Below, one piece after another: positions 44,949 to 53,284 of a stretch of 63,379 nt of DNA. The notes under the pieces are model-generated. The model saw only the letters and a program-made list of their open reading frames with translations, did not search any database and was not told where the DNA came from. Every line of letters starts with the position of its first letter. The first letter of the stretch is position 1. Made by a program: the position numbers and the translations under genes. The stretch is from an uncultured Anaerolineales bacterium (GTDB lineage Bacteria > Chloroflexota > Anaerolineae > B4-G1), in assembly GCA_964390305.1 (NCBI GenBank), contig CAYMHT010000004.1, forward strand, positions 1-63,379, written 5' to 3'.

Positions 44949-45458
44949 ATGCAATTCTCGGAACTCATCCAGGAGCGGTACAGCGTGCGCGCCTACAAGC
45001 CCGATCCGGTCGAAGACGAGAAGCTGCAGAAAGTGCTCGAGGCGGCCCGCCTGGCTCCAACAGCAGCCAACCGCCAGCCTTTTCAGCTCATTGTGATTCA
45101 TACCCAGGGTCGGGAGGACGAATTCTACGATGTCTACGGCAAGGCATGGTTCGTGGAGCCGCCGCTTCTGGTCTGCGCCTGCGGCCTGCCCGAACGGGGC
45201 TGGACTCGCAGGGACGGCAAGAGCTATGTCGACGTCGATGTCGCCATCGTGATGGATCACCTCATCCTGGCGGCTGCGAACGAGGGACTGGGTACTTGCT
45301 GGGTGGGTGCGTTTGATCCCCATGCCGCGCGCCGGGTGCTGGGGCTACCGGAAGAGGTCGAGCCGATCGCTTTCACGCCGCTGGGTTATCCGGCGGATGA
45401 GCCGGGACCGAAGAGGCGGAAGCCTCTTGGCGAGCTCGTCCGCTACGAGCGCTGGTAG
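44949..45458 (+). CDS. nitroreductase family protein
   Basis: LIQERYSVRAYKPDPV, LEAARLAPTAANRQPF, GLGTCWVGAF. ATG 44949 after GAGGAGGAAG. Confidence 0.88.
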   Translation: MQFSELIQERYSVRAYKPDPVEDEKLQKVLEAARLAPTAANRQPFQLIVIHTQGREDEFYDVYGKAWFVEPPLLVCACGLPERGWTRRDGKSYVDVDVAIVMDHLILAAANEGLGTCWVGAFDPHAARRVLGLPEEVEPIAFTPLGYPADEPGPKRRKPLGELVRYERW

Positions 45459-45494
45459 CAGGAGTCTGAACCTTCGTCGCTGAGGGGGGCAATC

Positions 45495-46184
45495 TTGAGA
45501 CCCACGACCATAGCCATTGACGGCCCAGCTTCAGCGGGCAAGAGCACCGTTGGTGAAGCGCTCGCTGAACGGCTCAACTATCTCTACTTCGATACTGGCG
45601 TCATGTACCGCGCGGTGACCTGGGCGGCGCTGGAGCGGGATATCCCCGTGGAGGACGAGGAGAGGGTGACGAAGCTCGCTGAGCAGCTCCAGATCAAGAT
45701 CACCGATGCCACCGAGGATGACGGTCGTCAATATACCGTGTGGGCGGACGGGGTGGATGTCACCTGGCGCATCCGAGCGCCAGCCGTCGACGCCCATGTT
45801 TCACCCGTGTCAGCCCATGCCGGGGTGCGACGAGCCCTCGTTCCCAAGCAGCGCCGGGTGGCTGTCAAGGAGCCTGTGGTTATGGTGGGACGTGACATCG
45901 GCACTGTCGTCTTGCCCGATGCCGATCTTAAAATCTACCTCGACGCCACCGTCGAGGAACGGGCGCGTCGTCGCTGGCGGGAGATGCAGGACCGCGCCAA
46001 GGGGGAGTCCGACTACCAGGACGTGCTCGACTCTATGCGTCGTCGGGACAGGATCGACAAGAATCGGGATGTCTCGCCACTCCGACCCGCCCAGGACGCT
46101 GTGATCATCGATACCACGAACCTGACCATCAGCGAGGTGGTGAACCGGACGGAGCGGCTGGTCGAAAGCCAGCGATGCCCATGA
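45495..46184 (+). CDS. cmk: cytidylate kinase
   Basis: P-loop IAIDGPASAGKSTVG, YFDTGVMYRA, VMVGRDIGTVVLPDA. TTG start. Confidence 0.92.
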   Translation: MRPTTIAIDGPASAGKSTVGEALAERLNYLYFDTGVMYRAVTWAALERDIPVEDEERVTKLAEQLQIKITDATEDDGRQYTVWADGVDVTWRIRAPAVDAHVSPVSAHAGVRRALVPKQRRVAVKEPVVMVGRDIGTVVLPDADLKIYLDATVEERARRRWREMQDRAKGESDYQDVLDSMRRRDRIDKNRDVSPLRPAQDAVIIDTTNLTISEVVNRTERLVESQRCP

Positions 46185-47506
46185 CATTCGGTCCACAGGG
46201 GCATGCCCCCTTCGGACGGATCTCTGCTGTCGCTTCCGAGAGCCTCGCGGATCGCATTGGGCTCCGCGTGGGCGACGAACTGATTTCCATCAACAGACAT
46301 CCTCTGCGAGACGTCATCGACGTTCGATATCATGCCTCGGAGCCGTCTCTGCAACTCGAGGTGCGTCGCGACGGGAATGTGCGTGTTATTGAGACGGAGC
46401 GTCAACACAATGAGCCACTGGGCCTCGAGTTTGACGAGGTGGTCTTCGACCGCATACGACGCTGTAACAATCGCTGCGAGTTCTGTTTCGTGGCTCAGAT
46501 GCCGCAAGGATTGCGCCCGTCGCTTTACGTCAAGGACGATGATTATCGCTACTCGTTCCTCTTCGGTAGCTACATCACATTGTCCAATCTGACCGACGCC
46601 GACTGGAGACGAATAGACGAGCAGCACCTCAGCCCGCTCTACGTTTCGGTGCACGCCACTGAGCCACATCTGCGGCGTCGCTTTCTTGGCAATCCCGATG
46701 CCCCGGACGTGGTGGCCCAACTGCGCCGCCTGGCTGAGATGGGTATCGTGGTTCACACCCAGATCGTGGTGCGTCCAGGCGTCAACGACGGACGGCATCT
46801 TGATCGCTCCATCAGGGAGCTCTCCGGGCTCTACCCGGCGGTCCGTTCGGTCAGTGTCGTCCCGGTAGGGCTGACCAAACACCATCGGTTCGAGTGTCGG
46901 GTCCACACAGACGCCGAGATGCGAGCGGTACTGGAGCGCGTTTCGACGTGGCAGGGGGAGCTGCGCGAGCGTTATGGTGTGACCTTTGTTTACCTGTCCG
47001 ATGAGTGGTACCTGCGGCTGGGGGAAGGGGCCCCGCCGATTGAGCACTACGATGGTCTGGATCTGACCGAGAACGGCGTGGGGTTGGTGCGTCGGTTCCT
47101 GAGAACCGGGCGGAAGAGACTCAGCTCTCTGATCTCCGATCTTAAGTCTCCTCTCCTCGTGACCGGCACCCTGTTCGCCCCGGTGTTGCGCTCTGCATTC
47201 GCTGGCGTGCCCGCCGAGGTCATCTCCGTGGTCAACCGCTTCTTTGGGGAATCGGTGACTGTGGCGGGGCTGCTGACTGCAGAGGACGTCATCGCGCGGC
47301 TGAAGGGGTGGAATGCGGACAGGACCGTTGTCCTCCCACCGGCGATGTTTGCCGGACCGGAGGGGCAGTCACTGGACGAAGTATGGCCTGCAGACGTGGA
47401 GGAGGCGTTGGGACAACGCGTGGTGGTCGGGACGATGTCGGACAGGACAGGACCCCGGGCAGTCAACGTCCTCAGGCGGACCCGGAATCATGAGGAGTGG
47501 AACTGA
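46175..47506 (+). CDS. DUF512 protein (PDZ-like N-terminus + radical-SAM-like core)
   Basis: CNNRCEFCF (CxxxCxxC), SVHATEPHLRRRFLG, VVPVGLTKH. Overlaps the cmk end by 10 nt. Confidence 0.8.
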   Translation: MPMTFGPQGHAPFGRISAVASESLADRIGLRVGDELISINRHPLRDVIDVRYHASEPSLQLEVRRDGNVRVIETERQHNEPLGLEFDEVVFDRIRRCNNRCEFCFVAQMPQGLRPSLYVKDDDYRYSFLFGSYITLSNLTDADWRRIDEQHLSPLYVSVHATEPHLRRRFLGNPDAPDVVAQLRRLAEMGIVVHTQIVVRPGVNDGRHLDRSIRELSGLYPAVRSVSVVPVGLTKHHRFECRVHTDAEMRAVLERVSTWQGELRERYGVTFVYLSDEWYLRLGEGAPPIEHYDGLDLTENGVGLVRRFLRTGRKRLSSLISDLKSPLLVTGTLFAPVLRSAFAGVPAEVISVVNRFFGESVTVAGLLTAEDVIARLKGWNADRTVVLPPAMFAGPEGQSLDEVWPADVEEALGQRVVVGTMSDRTGPRAVNVLRRTRNHEEWN

Positions 47507-48354
47507 TGAGCGCCCTGCCGAGCTCGGGGGTGAACACGCGGCAGCTGATGGAGATCGCCCTTGACCTGGTGGGTCTCGTTGGCACCCCCGACGACAGCGC
47601 CATCTACGTGCCAGGTCAGGATCTGCGTCGGGTCCTTTTCGGTCTCGACATTGGCGCTGGAGAGCTGATGATGGCTCGGCAGTTAGGCTACGACGTCGTC
47701 ATTGCCCACCACCCGGTGGGCCTGCCCCACCGCAGCTGGGCTGTGTTCGAGCGTCACGTGGATCTGCTTGTGGGGGCTGGCGTGCCACAGGAAGTGGCGC
47801 GCCAAGCGGTCGAGCCCAAGATGAGTGCTCTGCGCCTTCGCGGCCAGAGCCGCAACTATGAGCAAGTCCCCATGGCCGCCCGGCGGCTGGGGATGCCGTT
47901 TCTCAATATCCACTGTCCGCTCGACGAGATGGGCCGACGCGTGATGCAGCGTGCCATCGACACAGCGCTGACCGCCAATCCTGAATCCACGGTGAGCGAT
48001 GTCGCTGGCGCGTTGGGCGTGCTCCCCGCGGCGCAGCGCGCGGAGACCGAAATCACGATTCCGCTGGGCGACTCCTCGGCCCAATCGGGGAGAGTTGTGG
48101 TGGCCCACGGTGCGCTGACGAATGGTGGTTACCACGTCGCGCGTGCCTATTTCGAGCACGGAGTGGATACGGTAGTATACATCCACATAGCACCTGAGGA
48201 TTTGAAGCGGTTGCGGGCCGACGACCGAGGGCAGCTTATCGTGACCGGCCACGTGGTCGGGGACGCCTTCGGGATCGGACCGTACATCGATGCACTGCGC
48301 CAGCGGGGACTGGAGGTCGATGTGCTCAGCCAAGTGTATGTCGGGGAAGCCTGA
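47506..48354 (+). CDS. NIF3-like (DUF34) dinuclear metal-centre protein
   Basis: YDVVIAHHP ... VVAHGALTNGG ... TGHVVGD. ATG 47506 shares one nt with the upstream TGA. Confidence 0.75.
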   Translation: MSALPSSGVNTRQLMEIALDLVGLVGTPDDSAIYVPGQDLRRVLFGLDIGAGELMMARQLGYDVVIAHHPVGLPHRSWAVFERHVDLLVGAGVPQEVARQAVEPKMSALRLRGQSRNYEQVPMAARRLGMPFLNIHCPLDEMGRRVMQRAIDTALTANPESTVSDVAGALGVLPAAQRAETEITIPLGDSSAQSGRVVVAHGALTNGGYHVARAYFEHGVDTVVYIHIAPEDLKRLRADDRGQLIVTGHVVGDAFGIGPYIDALRQRGLEVDVLSQVYVGEA

Positions 48355-48402
48355 CGAGCAATCGGGAGGTGATGCGGACGAGCTAGATGTCGAAGGGGAA
48401 GC

Positions 48403-48696
48403 AGCGCCAGACCTGTGGGCCTGTGCCGCGCATCGACAGGACAGCCTGTCTTGGTCCTGGAGTGGCTTGCGACAACCTGTGCATAGGCCCCAGGTGACGA
48501 GGAGGCGGTTGCCTGTTGTGAGACAGGGCCAATCGTTCTGGATGCGCGACGACGTGACTTGAGGACGCAGGTCAGAACGAGAAAATCGACTGTTCGGCGG
48601 ATGCCGCCCGGGGCCGGCCGCGCCCCGTCTTCCCCTCCTGAGATGAGAGCAGATCCGTACAAAACCAGAGGGCAACCTCTGGGCCAAAGGGGTCTG
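48403..48696 (+). ncRNA. glmS ribozyme (GlcN6P-activated self-cleaving riboswitch), expanded variant
   Basis: Core motifs in canonical order upstream of glmS: A|GCGCC (48403-48408). Long helix ACCUGUGGGCCU (48411-48422) / AGGCCCCAGGU (48485-48495). GACGAGGAGGCGGUU (48496-48510). AAAAUCGACUGUUCGGCGGAUGCCGCCCGG (48582-48610), with CCGCC pairing GGCGG. GGGGC/GCCCC helix followed by GU. AAAACCAGAGGGCAACCUCUGG hairpin (48661-48682). CCCCU (48632-48636) complementary to AGGGG (48688-48692). Confidence 0.85.
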
Positions 48697-48746
48697 CAGC
48701 GCCCATTCATTGCCGTCGTAGTTCCTACTGAACAGGAGGGAAAGTC

Positions 48747-50591
48747 ATGTGCGGTATCGTGGGCTACGTGGGGCCGCGGGACGCGACCTCGATCGTTCTA
48801 GATGGGTTGAAGCGGCTGGAGTACCGGGGCTATGACTCAGCCGGTCTGGCCGTCGTGGAGATGAACGGTAGCATTGCTGTTCGCCGCGAAGTGGGGAAGC
48901 TGGAGGCATTGCTACACTCGGTCAATGCGGAGCCGGTCAAGGGACGGATCGGCATCGGTCACACCCGGTGGGCCACTCACGGTGAGCCATGCCAGCGCAA
49001 CGCTCATCCGCACCTTGGGGTCACCGGCTCCGTCGCGGTCGTACACAATGGCATCATTGAGAACTTCCGCAGTCTCCGTCGAGACCTGGAGGCGCAGGGT
49101 CGGGAGTTCACCTCTGAGACCGACACCGAGACCGTGGTGCACTTGGTGGAGAGCTACTTAGGGGAAGGGGCTGACTTGCAGACCGCGGTGCGGCGGGCTC
49201 TGACGCACATCAAAGGTTCCAGTGCTTTCGTGTTTCTTAGTAGGCACGAGCCCGACCGCCTGGTGGCGGCTCGTCTTGGGAATGCGGGGGGGCTCACGAT
49301 CGGCGTCGGCGACGGCGAGATGTTCGTCGCTTCGGATATCCCGGCTATTCTCGAGCACACGCGAGACATGATCTTTCTGGAGGACCGCCAGATGGCCGTC
49401 ATCACCCGCGACGGTGTTCAGGTGAGTGGCTTGGCCGGCGAGCCGCTGGATGCAGAGATGCACACGATTCCCTGGGATCCGGTTTCGGCGGCCAAGGGGA
49501 CCTACCGCCACTTCATGCAGAAGGAGATCTATGAACAGGCTCGTTCCGTCACCGACACCATCCGTGGGCGAGCTCGCTTCGATCAGGGGCGCGTGCGCCT
49601 GGAGAATTTGCGGCTGACCCAGGCGGAGGCCGCGTCGCTGGATAAGGTGGTCGTCGTCGCCTGTGGCACGTCGGCCTACGCGGGTCTGGTGGGCAAGTTC
49701 ATCATCGAGGCTCTGGCCCGGGTGCCCGTTGAGGTCGACTACGGCTCCGAGTACCGTTACCGCGATCCCATCATCGACCAGCGTACGGCGGTGTTGGCTA
49801 TCACGCAGAGCGGCGAGACCGTCGACACCCTCGCGGCGATGGAGGAGGGACGAGAGAAAGGTGCTCGGTTGTGGTCGATTGTGAACGTGATTGGTAGCCA
49901 GGCCCAGCGTATGTCCGATGGACACATCCTGATGCACGCCGGCCCGGAGATTGGCGTGGCCTCCACCAAGGCTTTCACAGCCAGCCTGGTTGATCTCTAC
50001 TTGCTGGGTCTTTATCTGGGGGAGAGACGGGGCGTTCTCGGCAGCCAGCGGCTCGGTCAGGGTGTGGATGCCCTGGGCATGCTGCCGGATCTGGTGGGGC
50101 GCGTTCTGGATCACGGTGACGAGTACGAGAGGTTGGCACACACATTTTACGACCGAGAGCATTTCCTCTACCTGGGGCGGGGCATCAACTACCCCATCGC
50201 CCTGGAGGGCGCGCTCAAATTGAAGGAAATCTCCTATATCCATGCGGAGGGCTACCCGGCAGGAGAGATGAAACACGGTCCCATCGCATTGATCGACGAG
50301 GCGATGCCTGTGGTCGCCATTGCCACCCGTGATCGTGTCTACGACAAGATGATCAGCCAGGTGGAGCAGGTGAAGGCGCGAGATGGTATCGTCATTGTGC
50401 TTGCCAATGAGGGTGACGAAACGGTTGTCGATAAGGCCGACCACGTGCTCTATGCGCCGGAGGTGCCGGCGCTTCTCTCGCCGGTGGTCAACGTCATTCC
50501 GCTGCAGCTTCTGGCCTACCACCTGGCCGTACGCCGCGGGTGTGACGTGGATCAGCCTCGCAATCTGGCCAAGAGTGTGACCGTGGAGTAG
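48747..50591 (+). CDS. glmS: glutamine--fructose-6-phosphate aminotransferase (isomerising)
   Basis: 614 aa. N-terminal MCGIVGYVG (Cys nucleophile), RLEYRGYDSAG, two SIS domains (TQSGETVDTL), C-terminal DQPRNLAKSVTVE. Preceded by the ribozyme. Confidence 0.95.
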   Translation: MCGIVGYVGPRDATSIVLDGLKRLEYRGYDSAGLAVVEMNGSIAVRREVGKLEALLHSVNAEPVKGRIGIGHTRWATHGEPCQRNAHPHLGVTGSVAVVHNGIIENFRSLRRDLEAQGREFTSETDTETVVHLVESYLGEGADLQTAVRRALTHIKGSSAFVFLSRHEPDRLVAARLGNAGGLTIGVGDGEMFVASDIPAILEHTRDMIFLEDRQMAVITRDGVQVSGLAGEPLDAEMHTIPWDPVSAAKGTYRHFMQKEIYEQARSVTDTIRGRARFDQGRVRLENLRLTQAEAASLDKVVVVACGTSAYAGLVGKFIIEALARVPVEVDYGSEYRYRDPIIDQRTAVLAITQSGETVDTLAAMEEGREKGARLWSIVNVIGSQAQRMSDGHILMHAGPEIGVASTKAFTASLVDLYLLGLYLGERRGVLGSQRLGQGVDALGMLPDLVGRVLDHGDEYERLAHTFYDREHFLYLGRGINYPIALEGALKLKEISYIHAEGYPAGEMKHGPIALIDEAMPVVAIATRDRVYDKMISQVEQVKARDGIVIVLANEGDETVVDKADHVLYAPEVPALLSPVVNVIPLQLLAYHLAVRRGCDVDQPRNLAKSVTVE

Positions 50592-50603
50592 CCGCCCGCG
50601 TAT

Positions 50604-50634
50604 CCCAAGCCTCGCCTCGAAAGGCGGGCTTGGG
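50604..50634 (+). other. 12-bp GC-rich hairpin between the two glmS-type genes
   Basis: CCCAAGCC(T)CGCC-tcgaaa-GGCGGGCTTGGG; no U tract follows. Confidence 0.5.
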
Positions 50635-50688
50635 ACATTGGCCGCTTGAGGCTCGGAGACTCGAGATGGGGGAGACAAGACCTGAACA

Positions 50689-52479
50689 ATGTGTGGTATT
50701 TTTGGAATTGTTGTGGACCAGGAGCAACGCTTAGGGGACATTCTGATCGAGGCCGGGCGCCGGCTCTCGTATCGGGGCTATGATTCCGTGGGCTGTGCCA
50801 CGCTGCACGACGACGGGACCATCGACCTGCGCAAGGACGTGGGAAAAGTGGACGAGGTTTCGAGGCGGCTCAGATTCGCGGAGATGATCGGGTCTCGGGG
50901 AATCGTGCAGCTGCGCTGGGCCACGTTCGGTGCTCCGTCCCGGGTCAATGCGCAGCCCCACCTCGATTCTGACGGTGATATGGTGGGCGCTCATAATGGC
51001 AATGTGGTCAACAACATCGAGTTGCGCCAGGAGTTTATCGCGGAGGGAATGACCGTCCGCTCTACCAACGACGGTGAGTCCTGCGTCCACGCCGTGGAAC
51101 GCTACGTTCGCGCGGGGCACGACATGGTAGAGGCGATCCGGCGTGCCTATCACGATCTGGAAGGGGATTACGCCTTCGTCATCGGGCGGAAGGGCGACGG
51201 ACGGCTCTATGCGTTCAAGAAAGGTTCAGGCCTGGTGGTGGGCTTGGCTGAAGACGCAACCTGTGTGTCATCTGATCTTCCCTCTATTCTCCCGTTGACC
51301 CGTCGGATTATTCGCGTTCGGGACGGTGAGATCGTTGTGCTCGAGCCCACAGGCGTGGAGTTGCGGCGGGTCGAGGACGGAGAGTTCATCGAGCGCGAGC
51401 CCGAGACGGTCACGGAGACCATGGAGTCCGTCGAGCGAGGGAGCTACCCTCACTTCATGCTCAAAGAGATCCACGAGCAGCCACAGGTGGCCCGTGAGCT
51501 GATCCATCTGCTCGCCTCCTCTCCGCATGTCTCGGCCGTGGTGGAGCGGATGGCTCAGGCGCATCATCTCTATCTGGTGGGCTGTGGCACCAGCTACCAC
51601 GCCTGTATGCTCGGGGCAGTCTACCTGGGCCGCCTGGCCGGTCGTGCGGCTGTGCCGGTGCTGGCCCCTCAATTCATCGCACAGTACGGTGTGGCGGTGG
51701 GACCTGACGACGTTGGGGTCTTCGTGAGCCAGAGTGGGGAGACCAAGGATGTGCTCAACGCCGTGGAGCTTGCTCAGGAGCGAGGCATGCGCATCCTGGG
51801 GTTGGTCAATGTTCTGGGCTCGACGCTCATGAATGAGAGCGAGTGCTATCTTCCGCTGGCCTGCGGGTATGAGATCAGTGTGCCGGCCACCAAGACCTTC
51901 ACCAATCAGGTGCTGGCCTTTCTCTATCTCGCGCTGAGTATGGGGGGGCAGGCGACCGACCTGCTGGCGGATCTGCCGAAGCTGCTCGACGGGACCATCG
52001 AGAGCGTCGGGCCGCAGGTTGAGAGCCTGGAGTCGGCCCTCGCCCCGCGAGACGATCTCTACTGCCTCGGCTATGGATCGACGTATCCCATCGCCCTCGA
52101 GGGTGCCTTGAAGCTCAAGGAGGTCACCTACGCTCATTGCGAGGGGATGCTGTCCACCGAGTTCAAGCACGGCCCGCTATCTGCTGTCGACGAAGGGTAT
52201 CCGGTGATCTTTGTCGCAGGGCCGGAGGACGTGCCGCTCCTCGTAAGCGGCATCAACGAGGCCACTTGCCGGGGCGCCCGAGCCATTGTCATCGGCGAAG
52301 CGGATCGGCGCCTCGAGGCCAACGCCGATGATCTGATTCGGCTTCCCGAGGCTGGCCCGCTTCTAAATCCCTTGCTGGCCACGATGCCGTTACAGCTGCT
52401 CTCTTATCGGCTCAGCTTGGCACGCGGCTACAATCCGGACTTTCCCCGCAATCTAAGCAAGACGCTCACGGTGGATTAG
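50689..52479 (+). CDS. GlmS-like glutamine amidotransferase / tandem-SIS protein (second paralogue)
   Basis: 596 aa. MCGIFGIVV N-terminus, RLSYRGYDSVG, SQSGETKDVL, C-terminal NPDFPRNLSKTLTVD. Same architecture as glmS but clearly divergent in sequence. Confidence 0.88.
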   Translation: MCGIFGIVVDQEQRLGDILIEAGRRLSYRGYDSVGCATLHDDGTIDLRKDVGKVDEVSRRLRFAEMIGSRGIVQLRWATFGAPSRVNAQPHLDSDGDMVGAHNGNVVNNIELRQEFIAEGMTVRSTNDGESCVHAVERYVRAGHDMVEAIRRAYHDLEGDYAFVIGRKGDGRLYAFKKGSGLVVGLAEDATCVSSDLPSILPLTRRIIRVRDGEIVVLEPTGVELRRVEDGEFIEREPETVTETMESVERGSYPHFMLKEIHEQPQVARELIHLLASSPHVSAVVERMAQAHHLYLVGCGTSYHACMLGAVYLGRLAGRAAVPVLAPQFIAQYGVAVGPDDVGVFVSQSGETKDVLNAVELAQERGMRILGLVNVLGSTLMNESECYLPLACGYEISVPATKTFTNQVLAFLYLALSMGGQATDLLADLPKLLDGTIESVGPQVESLESALAPRDDLYCLGYGSTYPIALEGALKLKEVTYAHCEGMLSTEFKHGPLSAVDEGYPVIFVAGPEDVPLLVSGINEATCRGARAIVIGEADRRLEANADDLIRLPEAGPLLNPLLATMPLQLLSYRLSLARGYNPDFPRNLSKTLTVD

Positions 52480-52585
52480 GGGGACCAGCGCCCCGTTGAA
52501 CGTTCACTGGGAGCTGCCCGCGATCAGATCTGCGAGCGGACGCTGGGCGCCGATGCAGGTTGGGCGCAGATCACGACCAAGCATC

Positions 52586-52614
52586 TTGGTGGCCTTCGGC
52601 TTGTGTGATATAAT
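52586..52614 (+). promoter_or_regulatory. sigma-70-type promoter candidate for the GcvH-like gene
   Basis: TTGGTG (52586-52591), 17 nt, TATAAT (52609-52614), preceded by TGTGA (-16 TRTG-type extension). Confidence 0.6.
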
Positions 52615-52655
52615 TCCAGGCTGGTCAGGACGTTGGATTTCCAAGGAGGCAGTCG

Positions 52656-53087
52656 ATGAACATCGCCGGTATCGAATTCCCGGAGAATCTCTACTACGAT
52701 CGCAGCCATGACTGGGTCCGCGTCGAAGGCAATCTGGCGGTGCAAGGGATGACCGATTTTGGTCAGCGCATCGCCCAGGAGATCGTCTTTGTCGAGATGC
52801 CGCGTATCGGACGCGCAGTGGAGCAGGACGAGACCTTCATGTCCATGGAGTCCGGCAAGTGGGTGGGCCGCATCCCAGCCGTTGTCAGCGGCAAGATCCT
52901 GGACGCGAATGATGAACTCGAATGGGAGCCTACGCTGGTTAACGAATCACCCTATGACGAAGGGTGGCTCGTCAAGATTGAGATGTCCGATCCGTCCGAG
53001 TTGGAGAATCTAATGAGGGCTGACTCCCCGGAGTTCAAGGCATTCATTGAGGAGCAGTTGGAGGAGTACGAGGAAGTCCTGAGCTAG
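52656..53087 (+). CDS. GcvH-family lipoyl-carrier protein (atypical lipoylation-site context)
   Basis: 143 aa. YDRSHDWVRVEG..AVQGMTDFGQ ... VFVEMP ... SMESGKWVGRIPAVVSGKI ... SPYDEGWLVKIE aligns with H-protein. The lipoyl Lys is retained but sits in ESGKW rather than ESVKA. AAGGAGG before the ATG. Confidence 0.85.
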   Translation: MNIAGIEFPENLYYDRSHDWVRVEGNLAVQGMTDFGQRIAQEIVFVEMPRIGRAVEQDETFMSMESGKWVGRIPAVVSGKILDANDELEWEPTLVNESPYDEGWLVKIEMSDPSELENLMRADSPEFKAFIEEQLEEYEEVLS

Positions 53088-53284
53088 TCCTTCGAGTCCC
53101 GTGCCTGGCTCGGTCGGTGGGTGGATTGGAGCCGGGAGGGATTCGGTTCCAGGAAGTCGATCCGCAGGCCTCTCAGCCTCTCTGAGAGTGGAACTGTTGC
53201 TACGCCCCTTTGTGGTCGATGCCCTGGTTTGTCTTGGGCCTGAGCTGCTCCTGTTAGCGATTCTTCTGCACTAGGAGGCTTTCT

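Noticed and set aside
48566-48590. A second GACGAG-like string (AGAACGAGAAAAUCGA) that could suggest a partial tandem duplication of the glmS ribozyme core.
   Set aside because: CAGAACGA pairs almost perfectly with UCGUUCUG (48533-48540) to form an inserted hairpin. Only one complete set of core motifs exists, so an insertion is the more economical reading.
49158-50741. 527-aa ORF antisense to glmS. Similar long antisense ORFs occur at 51268-52170 (-), 58965-60686 (+, antisense to pnp), 27745-29019 (-), 56089-57408 (-), 46013-47047 (-) and 47683-48687 (-).
   Set aside because: Each lies opposite a gene with unmistakable conserved motifs. Their translations are Arg/Pro/Gly/His-rich with no recognisable domains. 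Long stop-free antisense frames are expected in GC-rich DNA.
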